Assembly (NCBI GenBank): GCA_963815195.1
Contig: CAWFGE010000013.1
Location: 1,120,001 to 1,184,000, forward strand
Direction: 5' to 3'
Length of the DNA: 64,000 nt
Origin: an uncultured Planctomycetaceae bacterium
GTDB taxonomy: Bacteria > Planctomycetota > Planctomycetia > Planctomycetales > Planctomycetaceae
The notes under the pieces are model-generated. The model was not told the DNA's origin and ran no database searches. It was given only the letters and a program-made list of their open reading frames with translations. The translations under genes were made by a program, and so were the position numbers. Below, in pieces: positions 18,420 to 29,341 of this stretch. Positions within the stretch are counted from its first letter, which is position 1. The number at the start of each line of letters is the position of its first letter.

Positions 18420-18712
18420 CAACACACCTCGAAAGGATTTGAGTGCGAGTTTTCGGATTGGATTCCGAAAACGGCGGGATACCAACAGGACGGACCTCGC
18501 ACGGACCGCCCGTTCGACAAACTTTTAGACTAGCAAGACCAATCCGGAAAATCGACCCGCACACGCCAAAAAATCGGCCCATCCGAGATTCCCACCGGCC
18601 TCAAAAGGGCTTTCTCGGCCCGGTGGCTTGCAAGCCGCGGGCGGGGATTCAAGAATGGGACTGCGTCTTGGAGGATTCATCTTTGAGAACATTAAAGCCG
18701 GGGAAACAGCCA

Positions 18713-19753
18713 ATGGCCACAGACAATTCCGCACGGGTCATCATCAGCGCATTCGCCGATGAAGCGGCCAACCACAAGACGGCGATCGAGCAACTCGCCG
18801 CGCTCGCCGCGATTGGATTGAGCTATTACAGCCCGCGGTTCGTCGATGTCACCGGCAGCGGGCAGGTCAAGCACGTCGTCGAGTTGAGCGATCATGAATA
18901 TGCCGCCCTGAAAACCCTCCACGCCGAGTACGGCATGCACGTCACCAGCATCGGCTCGCGGGTGGGCAAGGTGAAGCTGCTCGATCAGGACGACGGCTCG
19001 CACAACAAGTTCGTGCCCTTCGACAAATACCTGGAAACCGAAGTCGCCGCGACCATCCGCGCTGCATTGGCTTTGGACACCAAATTGATCCGCGGGTTTT
19101 CGTTTTATCATCCCCAAGGCACGGCTCCGGAAAAACACATCCCGCAGGCGGTCGATCAACTCGGAAAGATCGTCGATCTCTGCGCAAAAGAAGGTTTGGT
19201 TTATGGCCTGGAGATCGAACCCAATCTCGTGGGAGAAACGGGGCCGTTGCTCGCGGAACTTCACAAGCAAGTCGGCCGGGACAACATGGTGCTGATCTTC
19301 GACGGCGGCAACGTCGCGGCCCAGAACAAAAACCCGCTGATCTGCTACCAGGAATACACCACGATGCGCCCCGGCCTGGGTTGGATGCATATCAAAGATT
19401 ACGCCCGCCAGCCGGGCATCACCTGGACCGGCGACCGCGATTCCGCCGTCATCGATGAAGACAAGCTGAAGAACTTCGTGCCCGCGAACATCGGCGACGC
19501 CGGGCACGAACACGTCCTCCGGGACTTGAAACTCCACCTGCCGGCCCTCACCGAAAAGATGCAGAAGATGGGCGTGCCGGGCTTCTTTCTGGAAGTCGAG
19601 CCGCACCTCAAAGGGGGCGGGCAGTTCGGGGGCTTCAGCGGTCCCGACGGGATGGGCGTCGCCGTGCGTGCGTTGTGCCGGGTGCTGGATTACGTCGGCA
19701 TCGGTTATCATATTCGTGACTTCGGCGACATCCGCGAAGCCCGCGGCTTTTAA
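18713..19753 (+). CDS. sugar phosphate isomerase/epimerase (xylose-isomerase-like TIM barrel)
   Basis: SAFADE, IRGFSFY, FDGGN, MHIKD, EPHL. Confidence 0.85.
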   Translation: MATDNSARVIISAFADEAANHKTAIEQLAALAAIGLSYYSPRFVDVTGSGQVKHVVELSDHEYAALKTLHAEYGMHVTSIGSRVGKVKLLDQDDGSHNKFVPFDKYLETEVAATIRAALALDTKLIRGFSFYHPQGTAPEKHIPQAVDQLGKIVDLCAKEGLVYGLEIEPNLVGETGPLLAELHKQVGRDNMVLIFDGGNVAAQNKNPLICYQEYTTMRPGLGWMHIKDYARQPGITWTGDRDSAVIDEDKLKNFVPANIGDAGHEHVLRDLKLHLPALTEKMQKMGVPGFFLEVEPHLKGGGQFGGFSGPDGMGVAVRALCRVLDYVGIGYHIRDFGDIREARGF

Positions 19754-19770
19754 TTCCAGGAACTCCCGCC

Positions 19771-20028
19771 ATGCCCGCCTTCGATTACGACAACCTCAAA
19801 GACATCTTGCGCTGCCCCAATTCCTTATCGCCGCTGGTGCACGACGGCGATTCGCTCATCTGCATCGATCCCGAATGCCGATTGCAATACTCGATCATGG
19901 ACGGCATTCCCAACATGCTCGTCGATGATGCCAAAGAGTTGCCGGCCGATGAATGGCACGATTTGATGTCCCGCCACAACCTGTCCCCCACAACCGACAC
20001 CAGCGAAAACCACCTCGCGGACGATTGA
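19771..20028 (+). CDS. Trm112 family protein
   Basis: ILRCP...YSIMDGIPNMLVDDA. Confidence 0.85.
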   Translation: MPAFDYDNLKDILRCPNSLSPLVHDGDSLICIDPECRLQYSIMDGIPNMLVDDAKELPADEWHDLMSRHNLSPTTDTSENHLADD

Positions 20029-20109
20029 GGACTTTCGGCGGGAGCGTTTCGCGAATCCAGCAAAACATCTATAATGATGGATGTTATTTGGATTCGCATG
20101 ATCGAGGAA

Positions 20110-22719
20110 ATGATGCTCAGAGTTTTTGCATTCAGCCTGGTTTCGGGGTTGTGTCTGGTGGCTTCGGTGCGGGCGGAAGCTCCAGAGGCTCCGCTGACGT
20201 TCGAAAAAGACGTGCAGCCGCTACTCAAAACGCATTGCCTGCATTGCCACGGCGAGGAAGAGGAACTGAAGGGCGGTTTGGATCTCCGGCTCAAGCGGCT
20301 GATGCTCAAGGGCGGGGATTCGAGCCCGGCGATTGTTCCCAAAAACGCGGCCGAGAGTTATCTGATCGAGCGGCTCCGCGCGGGCGAGATGCCGCCGGCC
20401 GATGCGGGCAAACCGCTTTCCAAAACAGAGATCGACCGCATCGCCCGCTGGATCGATGAAGGAGCCGCCACGCTGGCCCCGGAACCGGAGGACATCGGCC
20501 GCGGAATGTTGATCACTCCCGCCGACCGCCAGTTTTGGGCGTTCCAACCGATCCGCCGCCCGCCGGTGCCGAAAGTGAAACATCCCGAAGAGCCCGCCAA
20601 TCCGATCGACGCCTTCATCTTGAGCAAGCTCGAATCGCACGACTTGAGATTTTCGCCGGCCGCGGACCGGCGGACGTTGATCCGCCGGCTGTGTTTTGAT
20701 CTGTGGGGCCTGCCGCCCGAACCCGCTGCGGTCGAGGAGTTCCTCAATGACCCATCGCCGTTGGCTTGGGAAAATCTGATCGACCGGATGCTCGCCTCCC
20801 CGCGGTTTGGCGAGCGATGGGCCAGGCATTGGCTGGACGTCGCGGGCTACGCGGATTCGGAAGGCGCGACCAATGATGACGCCGAACGCCAATGGGCCTG
20901 GAAGTACCGCGATTATGTGATCCGCTCGTTCAACGAAGACAAGCCGTTTAACGAGTTCATCATCGAGCAGCTCGCCGGCGATGAGTTGGTGGAACTGCCC
21001 TCGAAGAATTTGACGCCCGATGAGATCGAAAAGCTGACCGCGACGGGGTTTTTGCGGATGGCTCCCGACGGCACGGCCTCTGCGGGCATTGACAAAGCCC
21101 TCGCTCAGAACCAGGTGATCGCCGACACGTTGGAGATCGTCACGGGGACGCTGTTGGGGCTGACGGTCAAATGTGCCCAATGCCACGAGCATCGTTACGA
21201 TCCCATCTCGCAAGCCGACTATTACGAGTTGCGGGCGGTGTTCGAGCCGGCCTGGAATTGGAAACAGTGGCGCACGCCGCCCAATCGGTTGATCTCGCTG
21301 ACGACCGACGCCGACCGCAAACGATCCACCGAGTTGGAAGCCGAGGCGAAACAGATCGACGAAGAGCGCCGGAAACGCCAAGACGAACTGATCGAAGCCG
21401 TGTTCGAGCGGGAGCTGAAGAAAGTCCCCGACGCCGACCGCGAAGCGATCGTCGAAGCGAGAAAGATTCCCGAAAAGAAACGCACGAAAGAGCAATCGGC
21501 CCTCTTGCGGAAATATCCGAACGTGAATGTCTCGGCGGGCTCGTTGTATCTTTACGACAAGAAAGCCGCCGATGAACTCAAGGACCTCGCGGCGAAGGCG
21601 AAAGCCGTCCGCGATCAGAAACCACAGTCCGAGTTCGTGCGGGCGCTCACGGAAACACCGGGGCAGGTGCCGGCGACGTTTTTGTTCCACCGGGGCGACC
21701 ACGAACAGCCGAAGCAACAACTCGCGCCCGCGGCCCTCACGATCCTCGCGCCTTACGCCCAGGACCATCCGCTGCCGGCGAACGACCCGGCCCGCAAAAC
21801 CACGGGCCGGCGGCTGGCGTATGCCCACTGGCTGACCTCGGGCGAGCATCCGCTGGTGTCGCGCGTGCTGGTCAACCGCATGTGGCGGCATCTCTTGGGG
21901 CGGGGCATCGTCGATACCCCCAGCGATTTCGGCCGGCTCGGCGATCGGCCCACGCACCCCGAGCTTCTGGATTGGCTCGCGACGGAGTTCGTCGATCGCG
22001 GCTGGAGTCAAAAGGAGTTGCTGCGGTTGATTCTCACGTCCCGCACCTATCGGCAAGCGCTGCGCACGGACCAGAAACATCAGGAACTCGATCCCGACAA
22101 CCGGCTGTTCGGCGGCGCGCGACTCCGGCGGGTGGAAGCGGAGGTCCTCCGGGACAGCATCCTCGCGGTCAGCGGGAAGCTCAACTCCAAGCCCTTCGGG
22201 CCCCCGGTGCCGGTGATGGCAGACCTGGTCGGGCAATGGGTCATCGGCATCGAAAACCTCAACGCCGGCCGCCCGGGTGCGGTGATTGATATGAACGGCG
22301 AGGAGTTCCGCCGCAGCATTTACGTGCAAGTTCGCCGCAGCCGCCCGCTCGCGGTTTTGGACACCTTCGACGCCCCGCGGATGGAGCCCCACTGCGAAGC
22401 CCGCAGCACCTCGACGGTCGCCCCGCAATCGCTGATGCTGATGAACGGCCCCTTCCCGCTCGAAGAGGCGAACCATTTCGCCGACCGCATCGTCCAAGAA
22501 GCCGGCGATGTTCCCGCCGCCCAGATCGAACTCGCCTGGAAACTCGTCTATTGCCGGGACCCCAATCCCACGGAGCAAGCCGATGCGATCGAGTTCCTCA
22601 CCGAGCAAACCGGGAAACTGAAAAACCGGGCCGACAAGAAAACCGATCCCGCGAAACTCGCCCTCGCGAGTCTGTGCCAGGTGCTCTTCGGCTCGAATGA
22701 GTTTCTTTATGTGGATTGA
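20110..22719 (+). CDS. planctomycete cytochrome c / DUF1549 / DUF1553 protein
   Basis: CLHCH, WLDVAGYADS, CAQCHEH, HPELLDWLA. Confidence 0.93.
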   Translation: MMLRVFAFSLVSGLCLVASVRAEAPEAPLTFEKDVQPLLKTHCLHCHGEEEELKGGLDLRLKRLMLKGGDSSPAIVPKNAAESYLIERLRAGEMPPADAGKPLSKTEIDRIARWIDEGAATLAPEPEDIGRGMLITPADRQFWAFQPIRRPPVPKVKHPEEPANPIDAFILSKLESHDLRFSPAADRRTLIRRLCFDLWGLPPEPAAVEEFLNDPSPLAWENLIDRMLASPRFGERWARHWLDVAGYADSEGATNDDAERQWAWKYRDYVIRSFNEDKPFNEFIIEQLAGDELVELPSKNLTPDEIEKLTATGFLRMAPDGTASAGIDKALAQNQVIADTLEIVTGTLLGLTVKCAQCHEHRYDPISQADYYELRAVFEPAWNWKQWRTPPNRLISLTTDADRKRSTELEAEAKQIDEERRKRQDELIEAVFERELKKVPDADREAIVEARKIPEKKRTKEQSALLRKYPNVNVSAGSLYLYDKKAADELKDLAAKAKAVRDQKPQSEFVRALTETPGQVPATFLFHRGDHEQPKQQLAPAALTILAPYAQDHPLPANDPARKTTGRRLAYAHWLTSGEHPLVSRVLVNRMWRHLLGRGIVDTPSDFGRLGDRPTHPELLDWLATEFVDRGWSQKELLRLILTSRTYRQALRTDQKHQELDPDNRLFGGARLRRVEAEVLRDSILAVSGKLNSKPFGPPVPVMADLVGQWVIGIENLNAGRPGAVIDMNGEEFRRSIYVQVRRSRPLAVLDTFDAPRMEPHCEARSTSTVAPQSLMLMNGPFPLEEANHFADRIVQEAGDVPAAQIELAWKLVYCRDPNPTEQADAIEFLTEQTGKLKNRADKKTDPAKLALASLCQVLFGSNEFLYVD

Positions 22720-22798
22720 TTCCGCCAGGCGAGCGCAGGGCGTAAGCCCTATGATTCTTTCCGAAGTCAAAAAAGCAGTGTAAGAGGTCAACGCGATC

Positions 22799-24268
22799 AT
22801 GCAGGACATGAATTCCAGCCGCCGGCATTTTCTATCGAGCAGTTCTCTGGGTCTCGGCAGCGTCGCTCTCACTTGGATGCTGCATCGGGACGGTTTGCTC
22901 GCGGCCCCGAAGAAGCCGCCGTTGGAACCGGTCGTTTATGACACCTTGCCCAAGGAACCGCATCACGCGCCTGAGGCCAAGGCGATGATTTCGCTGTGGA
23001 TGCAGGGCGGGCCGAGCCATCTGGATCTGTTCGACCCGAAGCCCGGCATGGCGAAGTACGACGGCCAGCCGTTCCCCGGCCAGATCAAATATGACAACGC
23101 GGCCCAGGCGAGTTCCAAGGTCCTCGCGTCGCCTTGGAAGTTTTCGCCGCGAGGCGAGTCGGGCATCGAGATGTCGGAACTGATCCCCTACATCGCGGAC
23201 ATCGCGGACGAGATGACGTTGATCCGCTCGACCTACACCAGCGTCAACAACCACGGGCAATCGATCCGGGCTTTGAACACCGGCCGGATTCTCGCGGGCC
23301 GGCCGGCTCTGGGAAGCTGGCTTACCTACGGATTGGGGGCCGAGACCCAGAACCTGCCCGCATACGTCGCGCTCATCGATCCCGGCCAACTGCCGGTGTT
23401 GGGCGTCGAAAACTGGTCCAACGGCTGGCTGCCTTCGATTTATCAAGGCACGGTAGTCCGGCCGCAAGAGCCGCGGATCATGAATCTCGATCCGCCTGCG
23501 CACCTGCAAGGCGAACCGCAAGCAGAGGCACTCAACTTCCTCCAGAAATTGAACGAACGCCATCGCGAGCATCGCCCGGGACAGAATGATCTGGATGCGC
23601 GGATCGCCTCTTATGAACTCGCCGCGCGGATGCAACTCGCGGCGAAAGAGGCGCTCGATATTTCCAAAGAGTCCAAAGCCACGCAGAAACTCTACGGCAT
23701 GGACGACCCCGCCACGAAAGATTACGGTGCCCGCTGCCTGATCGCCCGGCGGCTGATCGAGCGGGGCGTGCGGTTCGTGCAGGTCTTTACGCAGAACCAG
23801 TTCTGGGATCATCACGGTTCGATTCTCAGCCGGTTGCCCGCGGCGTGCAAGAAGGTGGATCAGCCCTCGGCCGCTTTGGTCAAGGATCTCAAGAGCCGGG
23901 GACTTTTGGATTCCACCGTCGTCCATTGGGGCGGCGAGATGGGGCGGCTGCCCGTGATTCAAAACGACGCCGGCCGCCAGAAAATCGGCCGCGATCACAA
24001 CACCTACGGGTTTTCGATGTGGGTCGCGGGTGGCGGCTTCAAGCGGGGCTACGTCCACGGAGAGACCGACGACTTCGGCCATCACGCCGTGGAGAACAAG
24101 GTCAGCCACACCGATTACCACGCGACGCTGCTGCATCTCTTTGGCGTCGATCACGAAAAGCTCGCCTACCGCCGCAACAACCGCGAGCAAACGCTGACCG
24201 ACGGCGAAACTTGCCACATCGTTGCCGAGCTTTTAGAAAAGCCGCCCGCCGGGAGAAATCTGGCGTAG
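22799..24268 (+). CDS. DUF1501 domain protein (Tat-like signal)
   Basis: SRRHFL, GGPSHLDLFDPKP, ARRLIERGVRFVQ, WDHH, GEMGR, GRDH. Confidence 0.93.
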   Translation: MQDMNSSRRHFLSSSSLGLGSVALTWMLHRDGLLAAPKKPPLEPVVYDTLPKEPHHAPEAKAMISLWMQGGPSHLDLFDPKPGMAKYDGQPFPGQIKYDNAAQASSKVLASPWKFSPRGESGIEMSELIPYIADIADEMTLIRSTYTSVNNHGQSIRALNTGRILAGRPALGSWLTYGLGAETQNLPAYVALIDPGQLPVLGVENWSNGWLPSIYQGTVVRPQEPRIMNLDPPAHLQGEPQAEALNFLQKLNERHREHRPGQNDLDARIASYELAARMQLAAKEALDISKESKATQKLYGMDDPATKDYGARCLIARRLIERGVRFVQVFTQNQFWDHHGSILSRLPAACKKVDQPSAALVKDLKSRGLLDSTVVHWGGEMGRLPVIQNDAGRQKIGRDHNTYGFSMWVAGGGFKRGYVHGETDDFGHHAVENKVSHTDYHATLLHLFGVDHEKLAYRRNNREQTLTDGETCHIVAELLEKPPAGRNLA

Positions 24269-24283
24269 CGCTGATTCAAGATC

Positions 24284-24368
24284 TTGGGTGGCACGCCCTG
24301 AGCGCAGCGAAGGGCGTGGTCTTTGCGATCGCCACGCCCTTCGCTGCGCTCAGAGTCTCGCCACCCAA
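24284..24368. repeat. REP-like palindrome (GGGTGGC...GCCACCC family)
   Basis: CTGAGCGCAGCGAAGGGCGTGG / CCACGCCCTTCGCTGCGCTCAG between convergent genes. Confidence 0.85.
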
Positions 24369-24373
24369 AGTGG

Positions 24374-25660
24374 CTATCCCCAGAGGCCTTTGAGTTTCTG
24401 TTCGTCTTTGACCTTGAACGGAAACTTTTCACTGTGGGGATGCTTCTCGATGCCTGCCAGTTGGCGGAGGGCGATGTGGATGTGCTCGGGGCGGACGCGC
24501 ATGCCCTGGTCTTTATTTTGCGTGAGCGTTTTGGGATCGATGGGAATTGTGAACTGGCCTTCGTCCGTGCCGCCGATGACGCGGTTGCCCTTCACGCCCG
24601 GCCCCAAAAACATCACCGAGCCGATCGACCAGTGGTCCTTGCCGTCGCCTTTGTTGTAGTTCGGCGTGCGGCCCATCTCGCTTTGGAGCACCAAGACCAG
24701 CTTCTCGCGAATTTTGAGATCCTCGGCCCGGCGGAGCAGATAGTCGATGCTCGATAAGAACCGGGGCAGGAGTTTCATCTGATCCTCATCGTTTTTTTGA
24801 TGGCTGTCGAACTGGCCGATCGTCAAATTCGCCGACACGCACACGCCCGCCTTGAACGAGGCCAAGGCGATCTCCGCCTGCTGCGAAAGCGGATCCTTGG
24901 GGATGTCTTTCGGGATATGAGGCGTCACCCGCGCGAGGGCTTGCGAGTTCCACTGGGCGGCATAGAGCATGTTCTCCGCCCGCTCGCGGCGGGGCAACAG
25001 CGGCAAGGGTTCCCGGCGATCGTTTTGCTCGGCGAGGGCCTGCTCGATGCGGTCAGTCACAAACGGATCGTGATAGGGACTTCGGGCATTCCCGTGGACT
25101 CCATCGGCGTTCGCCAGAAGCTTGAGCGAAGGGATATAAGGCACGCGGGCCATTGCCACGAGATTCCCCGTCGCCGAGTAGTTGCCGAAGGTCAAAAACG
25201 CCAGCGGGCAGTTCTTGCCCCGGCACGCCGCGACCAAGGCGGCAAACGTGGGATAGGCGAGGCTGTCGAGATTGCCCGTGGCCATGTACCGGCTGCACGG
25301 CGAGTGGTTGTTGACGGAATAATCGAGGCCATTGAGCACCAGAAGTTCCTTCGCGTACTTGGCGAAGAAATCCTCGTTGCTCATGCCTTCGGAAACATGC
25401 TTCGCGGTGGGGGCGAAGCGGATCTCGCCTTCGGTGAGGATGTCGCCTTCTTGATACAGCCGATTGATCCCGCCCACGCCTTTGGGATCCATGAGGTAGG
25501 TCGTATCCCAGCCGCCGGACGCGTTGCAGACGATATAGTAAGGGCCTTCGTAAACCGGCAGGTCTTTATCCTCTTCGGCCCGGCCGATCTTCGGAAAACT
25601 TCCGGGCACGGCCAAACCGAGCCCGGCGGCTGCACACCACTTCAGAAAATCTCGCCGCAT
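24374..25660 (-). CDS. DUF1501-like protein (Tat signal)
   Basis: MRRDFLK, GGWD, FDSH, SEMGRTP, GKDHW. Confidence 0.85.
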   Translation of the reverse strand: MRRDFLKWCAAAGLGLAVPGSFPKIGRAEEDKDLPVYEGPYYIVCNASGGWDTTYLMDPKGVGGINRLYQEGDILTEGEIRFAPTAKHVSEGMSNEDFFAKYAKELLVLNGLDYSVNNHSPCSRYMATGNLDSLAYPTFAALVAACRGKNCPLAFLTFGNYSATGNLVAMARVPYIPSLKLLANADGVHGNARSPYHDPFVTDRIEQALAEQNDRREPLPLLPRRERAENMLYAAQWNSQALARVTPHIPKDIPKDPLSQQAEIALASFKAGVCVSANLTIGQFDSHQKNDEDQMKLLPRFLSSIDYLLRRAEDLKIREKLVLVLQSEMGRTPNYNKGDGKDHWSIGSVMFLGPGVKGNRVIGGTDEGQFTIPIDPKTLTQNKDQGMRVRPEHIHIALRQLAGIEKHPHSEKFPFKVKDEQKLKGLWG

Positions 25661-25671
25661 CGCGCGGTCCT

Positions 25672-27999
25672 TTATTCGTAGAGGAAATCTTGCTGACGCA
25701 GTAAATAAGTCACCACCGCCCGCCAGGCCCGGATGGTGTAATGCGGATCGGGATCGCGCGGGCCTTCCTGCGGGCTGCTTTTGCAGTAGTAGCTTTCGGT
25801 TTGCTCGAACTTCCCGCGGTCGTGGGCTTCTTTCACGATTCCCGCGAACAAGCCGTAGGTCTGGTCGACGTCGGGGCCGTCGGGTTTGTCCTCCCGGCCC
25901 AAAATGTGCCGGTGCAGATGCACGATCGCCGCCCGGATGTTTTGCTCCGCCTGTTTGTGGTCGCCGGGGACCACGCCCGGTTCGATGCCGGGGAACAATT
26001 GGCGGTCCTTCGCCGGCAGGGCGAAGTCGGCGGCGACGTTTTTGCACGCGACATCGTTCGCCATGATCCGCTGAAGCGCCCCGATGGCTCCGCTGGGTTC
26101 GGTCAAACGTTCGGTGACTTCCTGCGAGTCGATGCCTCCGTACAAGATGGCGTAGCTGTCGTTCAATCGGCCCCAAGGCTTGCCGAAGACCGCGACGATC
26201 TTTCGCTCGATCTGCTCGGGGCTGAGCATCCGCACGACGCCGATGTCTTCGAGTTCCGCGAGACGCTCCGGGTCATTGGCGGCGATCTTCAAACCGTCGG
26301 CCCGGTAAAACGGCGAGTCGGTCAGCTCCTGAAAGACGACTTTCAAATTAAAATTCTCCCGCGCGAACCGTTCGGCCGCGCGCTCGATGACTTCCCGCTG
26401 TGCCCGGTACGCCCGCCGTTTGGCCGCGAAGTGCGGATCGTCGATGTCCTCCGGCGGCAGCAGAACATTTCGGCCCATGAGGATGTAATACACGTGTTCG
26501 GTCATCGCAATCGCGAACCGCGGATCGGAAACCGTTTTCTTGCCCAACCATTGTAGCGCCCGCCGGCGTTCGGATTCGGGCAGATCAATCCCTTCACGGC
26601 CGGGGCCGAACATGTCGGTAAACCAGCCGTCCTTTCGCGGGCCGTAGTGTCCCTGGTCGTTGTAATAGTCTTGAAAGAGACCCGCGATGGGGTCGATGAC
26701 TTTATGGCAGACCACGCACTCGGCGGCCTGCATGGTGGGGATTTCGTACTTGGCATCGATCGCGGCCGCGTCGCCGACGCGCGGGGCGAGGCTCATGATG
26801 TCCACGCCCAGGAAATGCTGGTAATACATCCGGGCCCTGAGGCGGTTGCGGTTGGTTTCGGTCGTGGGATACCGGCGGAGGTACTGAAACATCGTCAGCA
26901 ATCCCGCGTGCGGGTAGTTGCCATCCTCGGTCGGTTGCACTTTGCCGTTCCGGCTCTTGAGGGCTTTGACCTTGGCGGGGATGTATTCGAACGGAGCCTC
27001 CGGGTCTTGGAATTGATCTTTCAAATCGTCGTAAAGCCCGTAGCCCCGCGCGGTATAGGGAGAGATCATTGTGTAGTCGGCGGTGAGGATTTCCGTGAAG
27101 GGCCGGTCGTTCTTGACGATATACCTGATGAGTTCCAAGGGCTCCCGGCGGAGGGCATCGCGGTATTCCCTGGCCAGTTTGTAGCGGGCCTGCTGGCGTT
27201 CTTTTTCGGGGAGATGGTCGAGGCTGTGCTTCTGATACCAATGCCGGGTTTTCTCGAAGTGGTCGTAGGAGAGAGCATCATCGCCCAAGCCGTTGTAGCC
27301 CAGCGTGAGGAAGATGTCGTTAAAGCCTTCCATCAGGCGTTCTTCAAAGGCCTCTTCCCGCATGATGGCATCGAGGAGTTTGGGAAACGCCTTGAGTCCT
27401 TGATTTTCCATCGCCTTTTGTTCTTCTTCGGTGGGCAGCCGGGCCGCGAGCGAAAGCGTCACCCGCCGCAAGAGCCGCTGGTCGGAAATCATCTCCACGC
27501 CGTCGAAGAAGGATTCCGTGTCGTCGGCGAACAAGGCACCCGCCGCCGGCTTCGCGGAGTTGTCTTCCAGGCTGCGGACGAAATCCTCGAGCACGCGGAA
27601 CTCCGTGGAGTCGGCTTTCACCACTTCGCCGCCGCCGTGGTCCAAGCCGCCGGTGGCTTTGACCAAAATGCGAGCCCGGCCGTCTTTCTCTTTGGTGCGG
27701 GCCATCTTGGTGAAGGCGGCACAGTTTTGGATCATCGCCCCGGCCCGCTCGGCTGCCGGCACTCGGGAGATGTCATTCAACAGAAACTCGCTGCCCGACG
27801 CATCGCCCTCGGCCACGTGGCATTTGATGCAGGTTCGCTCGGCGACTTTGATCCAGGCCTCGTGAAATCGGCTTGCTCCGAAACACGCGGGAGCCTCCTT
27901 GGCCGGGGCTTTCTCGGCACGAGCGGCGGAACTCTCCGCCGCCGGCAGGTTGCCCCATGCCAGACTGCAGAGCAAAAACGAAAGACATGTTCGAGTCAT
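25672..27999 (-). CDS. secreted c-type heme protein, partner of the adjacent DUF1501-like gene
   Basis: Signal peptide, CIKCH and CVVCH, PHAGLLT, NRNRLRAR. Confidence 0.75.
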   Translation of the reverse strand: MTRTCLSFLLCSLAWGNLPAAESSAARAEKAPAKEAPACFGASRFHEAWIKVAERTCIKCHVAEGDASGSEFLLNDISRVPAAERAGAMIQNCAAFTKMARTKEKDGRARILVKATGGLDHGGGEVVKADSTEFRVLEDFVRSLEDNSAKPAAGALFADDTESFFDGVEMISDQRLLRRVTLSLAARLPTEEEQKAMENQGLKAFPKLLDAIMREEAFEERLMEGFNDIFLTLGYNGLGDDALSYDHFEKTRHWYQKHSLDHLPEKERQQARYKLAREYRDALRREPLELIRYIVKNDRPFTEILTADYTMISPYTARGYGLYDDLKDQFQDPEAPFEYIPAKVKALKSRNGKVQPTEDGNYPHAGLLTMFQYLRRYPTTETNRNRLRARMYYQHFLGVDIMSLAPRVGDAAAIDAKYEIPTMQAAECVVCHKVIDPIAGLFQDYYNDQGHYGPRKDGWFTDMFGPGREGIDLPESERRRALQWLGKKTVSDPRFAIAMTEHVYYILMGRNVLLPPEDIDDPHFAAKRRAYRAQREVIERAAERFARENFNLKVVFQELTDSPFYRADGLKIAANDPERLAELEDIGVVRMLSPEQIERKIVAVFGKPWGRLNDSYAILYGGIDSQEVTERLTEPSGAIGALQRIMANDVACKNVAADFALPAKDRQLFPGIEPGVVPGDHKQAEQNIRAAIVHLHRHILGREDKPDGPDVDQTYGLFAGIVKEAHDRGKFEQTESYYCKSSPQEGPRDPDPHYTIRAWRAVVTYLLRQQDFLYE

Positions 28000-28159
28000 G
28001 GAACATCCTCGTGCGAGTTTGGAACCTAAACCCTAGTTTACCCAGCCGCTCGGCAACGCAAAAGGGATGTCCGATCTGAGATTTCATTGCGAAGCCGCGG
28101 GCCTTGGGGCAAAATGATCGGAATGGTTTGGCTTCCTTGAAAATTTGGGAGGACGTTCG

Positions 28160-29341
28160 ATGACAAAGCTGCGTTGTTTTCTGCTGCTGGTGTCCGTCTT
28201 GTTGATTCCACCAGTTCCAACGGAGGCCCAAAAGCCGGAGCCCAAGGCTTCGAAGGAAACACAACAAACATCGGAAAAGATCGACTTCGACCGCGCCCGC
28301 GGGCTCTTGCGCAAAAAGCGAGACGGCGGAAAACTGACGGAGGCGGAAGAGGCCTACCTCAAGCGGGCCCAGGAAGAACGCCGCCGAAAGGGGGGTGGCA
28401 ATCCCGGTCGGGGCGGCGACCCGCGCACGCTGCCGGCGGGTGAAAAGACCGGGCTGAAACCGCTCACGGAAATGTCCGCCGAGGATCGCTACCTGGGCGA
28501 GGACGGGGGGTTGTATGGCGGAGGACGGAACGAGCCGCCCAAAGAACATCGCCAGGCGGCCGAGCGGGAGTTGGCGAAGATTCAGCCGCTGGATGCCGCG
28601 GGCGAACCCGCGGCGGGCGGCCGAATTGTGCTGGTTTCGATCAGCATGTCGAACGCCACACAGGAGTTCTCTCGGTTCAAGCAAATCGCCGATGCCGACC
28701 CGCAAAAGTCACCGAAGTTGACGATCGTGGACTGTGCGCAAGGCGGGCAGGCGATGGCGGAGTGGGTCGATCCCAATGCCCGCCCTTGGGCCGAGGCCGA
28801 GCGGCGGCTGGAACGCGCGGGCGTCACGCCGGCTCAGGTACAGGTCGCCTGGGTCAAACTCGCCAACAAAGGCCCGCGCGGCGACCTCGAAACTCACGGC
28901 CGTAAGTTGCAGCGGGACACGCTGGCCGTCATCCAGAACGCCAAGGCCAAGTTCCCCAACCTGCGGATCGCGTATTTATCCGGCCGGATCTACGGTGGCT
29001 ATTCGAGAGGGCCGCTGAATCCCGAACCGTTCGCGTACGAGTCCGCGTTTCCCGTGCGGTGGTTGATCCAAGATCAGATCGCAGGCAATGCCAAGCGGAA
29101 TGACAACGCCGAGGGCGGCGCGAAAGCGGTCAAAGCGCCGCTGTTGTTGTGGGGGCCGTATTTGTGGGCCGACGGCGTGACGCCGCGGAAAAGCGACGGG
29201 CTCGTCTGGAAGCGGGAAGACCTGGGTCCCGACGGCACGCATCCGTCCCAATCCGGCCGCAATAAAGTCGCCGGGATGCTTCTCAAATTCTTCAAAGAAG
29301 ACCCGCTCGCCAAAAGCTGGTTCGTCGGGTCGGGGAAATGA
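28160..29341 (+). CDS. secreted SGNH-hydrolase-like protein
   Basis: Signal peptide, ISMSN, DGTHP. Confidence 0.6.
   Translation: MTKLRCFLLLVSVLLIPPVPTEAQKPEPKASKETQQTSEKIDFDRARGLLRKKRDGGKLTEAEEAYLKRAQEERRRKGGGNPGRGGDPRTLPAGEKTGLKPLTEMSAEDRYLGEDGGLYGGGRNEPPKEHRQAAERELAKIQPLDAAGEPAAGGRIVLVSISMSNATQEFSRFKQIADADPQKSPKLTIVDCAQGGQAMAEWVDPNARPWAEAERRLERAGVTPAQVQVAWVKLANKGPRGDLETHGRKLQRDTLAVIQNAKAKFPNLRIAYLSGRIYGGYSRGPLNPEPFAYESAFPVRWLIQDQIAGNAKRNDNAEGGAKAVKAPLLLWGPYLWADGVTPRKSDGLVWKREDLGPDGTHPSQSGRNKVAGMLLKFFKEDPLAKSWFVGSGK

Noticed and set aside
20221..22872. Long antisense ORFs (also 22832-24217, 48087-49409, 53871-55511, 56199-57926)
   Set aside because: Shadow frames of real genes in high-GC DNA, with no recognisable motifs
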